From the NCBI GenBank assembly GCA_003485765.1, contig DNHS01000051.1, forward strand, positions 2,314 through 66,313: a DNA stretch of 64,000 nucleotides, in the 5' to 3' direction. Source of the DNA: Candidatus Omnitrophota bacterium (lineage in GTDB: Bacteria > Omnitrophota > Gorgyraeia > Gorgyraeales > Gorgyraeaceae). Under the pieces are notes generated by a model. That model worked only from the letters and a program-made list of their open reading frames with translations, ran no database searches and was not told the origin of the DNA. Position 1 is the stretch's first letter; each line of letters opens with the position of its first letter. This document shows, piece after piece, positions 59,875 through 64,000 of this stretch. Made by a program: the position numbers and the translations under genes.

Positions 59875-60375
59875 CTATTTGTCGGTAGTATCTTGCTTAC
59901 CACAAGAGGAAGCTATATCACCACCTTTATGACGAGAAAACCATCCAGTGCCTTCGCTTATTATCAACGCTTCTACTCTGTCTACAAATAAACACTTCTT
60001 ATCTGGTGCATTCCTGTATTCACCACAGTCTGCGTTATACCAATGAAGCTCATGCCCTAACGCATCCCATGTAGCCCTATAGCTAAGCCAATTTCCATAG
60101 CAACGAAAAAGAGACAGAAGGCCGGCCGCAAGAGCTACTGTTGGTGAAAGAATCGATACTATAACCTTGCCTCCAAATGTAAATGAACCAATTTTTATAA
60201 GAGAATCTGGCAAAAGATTCAGAATTGGAGTAACCGCTACGGAGACTACCAGAATATATGCCGAATAAAACCTATACCAAAACCTGCTACGATTAGCCTT
60301 GTCATCATAATACTTCATTATTTTACTGTAGCGGTCATCCTTATAAACAACAAATTCTTGGTCTGTCATAATCAC
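59875..60375 (-). CDS. DUF4231/SLATT-family two-TM protein
   Basis: RY...KYYDDKA....WYR, two TM helices, NWLSYRATWDAL..E, FVDRVEALIISE..GW. Confidence 0.8.
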   Translation of the reverse strand: MIMTDQEFVVYKDDRYSKIMKYYDDKANRSRFWYRFYSAYILVVSVAVTPILNLLPDSLIKIGSFTFGGKVIVSILSPTVALAAGLLSLFRCYGNWLSYRATWDALGHELHWYNADCGEYRNAPDKKCLFVDRVEALIISEGTGWFSRHKGGDIASSCGKQDTTDK

Positions 60376-60388
60376 CTCATTTTAAGAC

Positions 60389-60787
60389 TTATTGAGTTAG
60401 CTCTTCCATCTTCTTAACAATGGCACTTATATTCCACGTTAATCTTGGGTGTCCGTCCAAGGGTGCAGGATAATACTTTGTCCGACCGTCACTATAAAGA
60501 TTCACCCCCATAATAGGCTTACCCAGCTCTAGAGCTTTATTCAATTCCCATTCCACCCACTTACTCTTAGAAGTAGCTGGCCCATAAAGGCAAATTACAA
60601 GACTTGAATATTTTATCTGGTTCGTGATACCTCTGGCGATATAGTCGGAATTATTACTATCGAAGGGTTCCTTTATCGAATAATCATCGAATTCCAAATC
60701 AAGGTCTTCATTCTTAGCCTGCCCTCGAAAAAGATTGACGAGATTCAAGTCTTCTTCAACGAAACTTAAGAAAGCGCGTATTGCCAT
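60389..60787 (-). CDS. TIR domain protein (DUF1863/ThsB-like)
   Basis: RAFLSF, ICLYGPAT.KSKWVEWELNKALELGKPIMGV; catalytic Glu retained. Confidence 0.85.
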   Translation of the reverse strand: MAIRAFLSFVEEDLNLVNLFRGQAKNEDLDLEFDDYSIKEPFDSNNSDYIARGITNQIKYSSLVICLYGPATSKSKWVEWELNKALELGKPIMGVNLYSDGRTKYYPAPLDGHPRLTWNISAIVKKMEELTQ

Positions 60788-60994
60788 AGTAACCTCCTTA
60801 TCAGATCTTTATTTATCGTTAAGCCTCACGGCAAATTTTAGAGGGGGCCTCGAAGCCCCACTTAACATATACACTTTAAGATGTATGTGAAAAAGGAGAA
60901 ACTCCCTCTGGTAAACCACTATAATTATAACAGCTACTCACTAATACCTCAATAATGAAAGTATTTAGATTGCTGTCTATACAATGACTTTGGA

Positions 60995-61056
60995 AATCCC
61001 AAAAGGTAAAATCCTTAACTAACCTAAAAAGTCCTTTGCTAAGTCAAACTAAAGCC
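60995..61056. repeat. About 60-bp direct repeat, copy 1
   Basis: AATCCCAAAAGGTAAAATCCTTAACTAACCTAAAAAGTCCTTTGCTAAGTCAAACTAAAGCC. Confidence 0.85.
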
Positions 61057-61064
61057 AAAGACAA

Positions 61065-61571
61065 CTACACTATTTTCAATTTTAACAACCTAATCCAAAG
61101 AGCATCTTTACTAACCCTATATAATTTAGCCACCTCTTCTACATTTCTTGTTTTCTGAAAGTCTCTCTTTAACATAAACAAAGGCATAAGAAGCTCCCCG
61201 GCAAAATAATTTGCTTCTTGCTCTTGAACTTTATTATGTTCTGAATCCGAAGCGTCAAATCTACCTTCTGATATTTCAGACATATCTACAAAAATATCCT
61301 TATAATGTCCTAACAAATAGTGACCTATCTCATGAGCAATAGAAAATCTTTGCCTATTAGGATGATGAGCGTTATTAACTCCTACAACTAGCATGTCGGA
61401 TTCTTTCAGGAGTATAGCAGATACTTTCTCAGGAAACGGATACGGAAGAAGGTTTATTCCTACGTGGGAAAGAATTTTATTAAGGTCAACTGGTGGAATA
61501 TCGGTTTTTGTTTCGCTTATAAGTTTCTGCGCAATTTTTGTGGCGTGTGAATATCGCGGCTTGTCAATCAT
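61065..61571 (-). CDS. ImmA/IrrE-family metallopeptidase
   Basis: RQRFSIAHEIGH (HExxH), EQEANYFAGELLMP. Confidence 0.93.
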   Translation of the reverse strand: MIDKPRYSHATKIAQKLISETKTDIPPVDLNKILSHVGINLLPYPFPEKVSAILLKESDMLVVGVNNAHHPNRQRFSIAHEIGHYLLGHYKDIFVDMSEISEGRFDASDSEHNKVQEQEANYFAGELLMPLFMLKRDFQKTRNVEEVAKLYRVSKDALWIRLLKLKIV

Positions 61572-61933
61572 TTAGTCTTTCCAAACTTCTTCTTCGCGAG
61601 CTCAGTAAAATCAAGGATACTTTTCTCTGTCTCCTTGTCCAATTTATCATAATTCGCCCTTAGCTTTATGGCGAATTCCTTAGGTTCAATCTGTGCAGTA
61701 GCTGCTTTTGGAAGAAAATCTTCAACTGTTTTATTCAGCACCTTGGCAATTTTTATCAGATCATCTATACTTACCTTTCTCGCCCCACTTTCAAAATAAG
61801 AAATTGCGGTAGCGCTATCCTTACCAATTAGTTCTGCAAGCTGAACTTGAGATAGTCCCTTTTGAAGCCTGAACTCTAAGACTTTCCTCCCTATAAAACT
61901 ATTTATCTGCTGGTCAATGTTCTCGTTCGCCAA
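61568..61933 (-). CDS. XRE-family repressor (ImmR-like)
   Basis: GLSQVQLAELIG...ISYFESGARK; TTG start with AAGGAGG; overlaps the immA-like start. Confidence 0.9.
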   Translation of the reverse strand: MANENIDQQINSFIGRKVLEFRLQKGLSQVQLAELIGKDSATAISYFESGARKVSIDDLIKIAKVLNKTVEDFLPKAATAQIEPKEFAIKLRANYDKLDKETEKSILDFTELAKKKFGKTK

Positions 61934-61958
61934 TCGAATCCTCCTTCAATTTAATAAA

Positions 61959-62037
61959 ATGTTACCATTAAATTAAGCACATGTCAACACTTATTATTAA
62001 AAGAAACACTTGACATCACTTACCAAAATGGTATAAT
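61959..62037. promoter_or_regulatory. Back-to-back sigma70 promoters with candidate operator
   Basis: Plus strand: TTGACA(62010)-16 bp-TATAAT with extended TG. Minus strand: TTGACA(61987)-17 bp-TAACAT. TACCA-AAA-TGGTA palindrome in the plus spacer. Confidence 0.7.
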
Positions 62038-62193
62038 TGTATCGCACAAAAAGCAAACCCGCAAAGGCCCTTGGTGGGAGCTCTACTAAGGTTTGCTAAT
62101 GTGTTTCTTACGATTGATTTGATTTTATAATAGGCCTTAAGGAAAGTCAATACAATTTCCTCCCTTCCCACAAAACAAGAAAGGAGGAAAGCT

Positions 62194-62319
62194 ATGTCTA
62201 AGCCAAAGGGATATAAAATCGGGCGAGATGCCGGTTCAGGTCAGTTTATTCCAGTAAAAGAAGCTCAAACACGAAAGTCAACAGCCGTAGTTGAGGTAAT
62301 GCCCCGGAAGAAAAAATAA
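62194..62319 (+). CDS. Small basic protein, 41 aa (not in ORF track)
   Basis: MSKPKGYKIGRDAGSGQFIPVKEAQTRKSTAVVEVMPRKKK*; AAGGAGG RBS, own promoter and terminator. Confidence 0.85.
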   Translation: MSKPKGYKIGRDAGSGQFIPVKEAQTRKSTAVVEVMPRKKK

Positions 62320-62349
62320 TAGCTGTTAAAGACAAAGGTGATAAGCAGT

Positions 62350-62383
62350 AAACCCTCTGGTTCGAAAGAGCCAGAGGGTTTTT
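62350..62383 (+). terminator. Rho-independent terminator
   Basis: AAACCCTCTGGTTC-GAAA-GAGCCAGAGGGTTTTT. Confidence 0.85.
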
Positions 62384-62400
62384 AGTGTAACATATATTAT

Positions 62401-62461
62401 AATCCAAAAGGTAAAATCCTTAACCTATCTAAAAAGTCCTATACTAAGTTAAACTAAAGCC
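62401..62461. repeat. About 60-bp direct repeat, copy 2
   Basis: AATCCAAAAGGTAAAATCCTTAACCTATCTAAAAAGTCCTATACTAAGTTAAACTAAAGCC. Confidence 0.85.
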
Positions 62462-62485
62462 TTACATAGCTACTTAACAAAAGGT

Positions 62486-64000
62486 TTACTCATCGCCATT
62501 ATCGACGTGCTTCTTGAACGCTTGCCTCACTAAAGCCATAACATCATCCAATTGACTGGTAGAACTCAGATGAACCTCCACATCTCCATTACCCCATCTA
62601 CCCAAGTTGGTCACGTCCTTACATAAGTTTTTAGGGTCAATGACTTCGTCAAATCGCATATTAAGCGCAAGTCTCAAACGGCTTTTCTGCGGCACCACAT
62701 CAACGAAATTAGTCGTGGTCTTATAAGCAATGTATAGCTTTAACATTTCTTCTTTAACCGAAGAATCTAAATTAAGCACATGCTTACGAAACTGCTCAAA
62801 CAGCTCTCGCATTTCCCCGGTTAGATGGGGGTAGTTATCAATTGTGTAAGTTTGTTCCTGTAAAATTTCTCGCTTACGATATTTAGTTAACACATCCTCC
62901 GACAATACCGGATACCCCCAAACTTGGGTAACAATTCCTGCTAATACCTGTGCGCGTTTTTGTATCTCCGCCTCATTCCATATAGACAAACTGGCTAAAT
63001 CTCTGTTGAGTCGAATAGGACTATCGGCAAAACCGCCTTTCATATTTCTTTTCTCAAGAAATGATTTATCGGAAAGTTCTGGGTTATAACCTGTTAAAGT
63101 TAAGTTACCGAGTGTATGTAAATAACGAGACTGAATATCTTTCCAATGCTCACCTAAATCCTTTCTCCATTCCGCTGATAGGTTAGGATTTTGCGGCATA
63201 ATATGCTCTGTAGTGTATCCTTCAGTATCAACCATTTCTTTACGGTTGTAATTTTCAAGTTTAAATAGCAGGTAATTTTTACTTCTAAAATTATAGACAT
63301 CTTTCACACCAAGCTCACGAATGAATTCACTATCATCGGGGAATCGCCGGTAAGAATCCTTTAAAAGAAGGGTTGCCTTAAAGCTCTCAAGATAATTTGT
63401 TTTATCCAATTCTCTACTAAGCGTAGCAAAGGTTTTGTTCAATGAGTTAGTAGGTATGCCACAGATTGCTCGGCGGAAGACATAGCTCTCAATTGACTTA
63501 AGAATCTCTATGAGCTCATCACGACTTATGCGCTTCTTCTTATAATCATCATAAGCCTCTAATATAAAAGGGTAGGCTACGTCGACTTTTAAAATATTTA
63601 TGTCACTAAACAACTCTCTCAGCTCCTCATCTGATTCCTTTTCAAGAGCTGTATTAACAAAATGCTTTGCGTAAACATAAATGTCGCCCACAATATCTTT
63701 TATTGATATAGTCCTATGTTCCTTCACATAAGCTTTAAATTCCTCATATACCTCATTAATCTTCGGAATACTGCCCGTCTTTATTGTCAAATAATCTCTC
63801 ATAAAACGGTCGAACTGAGTAACGTAGTCGATTTGACCAAATCCCTGCTCCATCTGAAACCAGTAATCGTTATAAAGAGATTCTTGCTCCTTTGGTTCAA
63901 GCCCCATCAAAACATAATTCCTTATTAAATCAGCTTGGCTTAACTCAAGTCCCGTTGAATTCAGGCTTTCAAAGATAAGCTGTGGGTTATCGTGGTCTCG
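62486..64000 (-). CDS. GmrSD-type DUF262/DUF1524 nuclease with C-terminal DUF5655-like domain (5' end beyond the window)
   Basis: The frame extends upstream as DNPQLIFESLNSTGLELSQADLIRNY; TEHIMPQ and LGNLTLTGYN HNH-type motifs; KLYIAYK...GRWGNGDVE tail. Confidence 0.88.
   Translation of the reverse strand, partial: RDHDNPQLIFESLNSTGLELSQADLIRNYVLMGLEPKEQESLYNDYWFQMEQGFGQIDYVTQFDRFMRDYLTIKTGSIPKINEVYEEFKAYVKEHRTISIKDIVGDIYVYAKHFVNTALEKESDEELRELFSDINILKVDVAYPFILEAYDDYKKKRISRDELIEILKSIESYVFRRAICGIPTNSLNKTFATLSRELDKTNYLESFKATLLLKDSYRRFPDDSEFIRELGVKDVYNFRSKNYLLFKLENYNRKEMVDTEGYTTEHIMPQNPNLSAEWRKDLGEHWKDIQSRYLHTLGNLTLTGYNPELSDKSFLEKRNMKGGFADSPIRLNRDLASLSIWNEAEIQKRAQVLAGIVTQVWGYPVLSEDVLTKYRKREILQEQTYTIDNYPHLTGEMRELFEQFRKHVLNLDSSVKEEMLKLYIAYKTTTNFVDVVPQKSRLRLALNMRFDEVIDPKNLCKDVTNLGRWGNGDVEVHLSSTSQLDDVMALVRQAFKKHVDNGDE

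Larger units (their letters stand above)
56024..64000. mobile_element. tRNA-integrated genomic island (right end beyond the window)
   Basis: att copy, integrase, excisionase, XRE regulator, serine recombinase and defence-type cargo. Confidence 0.85.

Noticed and set aside
56128-64000. Prophage or classical integron
   Set aside because: No structural phage genes in view; the integrase shows no obvious IntI-specific insertion and the repeats lack attC GTTRRRY/RYYYAAC ends.

Overview
This is an AT-rich bacterial chromosome segment, mostly minus-strand. Gene content and signal-peptide style suggest the PVC group, possibly Ca. Omnitrophota; this is inference, as no marker gene is present. From left to right it contains: (1) a ROK regulator and an efflux operon with two unusual fusions (TonB-C/TolC, and an RND permease with a C-terminal winged HTH), plus a second, partial RND gene; (2) tRNA-Glu, a FIST/histidine kinase/REC-GGDEF operon, tRNA-Leu, an acyl-CoA ligase and csp; (3) an accessory stretch (16.9-26.1 kb) downstream of tRNA-Gln, with a signal-peptide plus HTH orphan protein, a radical SAM/SPASM RiPP cassette whose 45-aa precursor is missing from the ORF track, a GIY-YIG gene and a broken toxin-antitoxin pair; (4) a long housekeeping block (gltX, 2-oxoacid oxidoreductase, dxs, ispA, xseAB, rny, iscU, polX, nrdR, glyA, rpiB, tsaC, pur genes) carrying several palindromic repeat families, some apparently inside coding sequences; (5) from about 56.0 kb to the window end, an integrative element bounded by a tRNA 3'-end att copy. 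The element encodes a tyrosine integrase, an excisionase, a serine recombinase, a candidate TIR/SLATT/TIR-like antiphage operon, an ImmR/ImmA switch with a divergent 41-aa peptide bracketed by about 60-bp direct repeats, and a partial GmrSD-type nuclease. All family calls come from motif recognition by eye, with no database searches.
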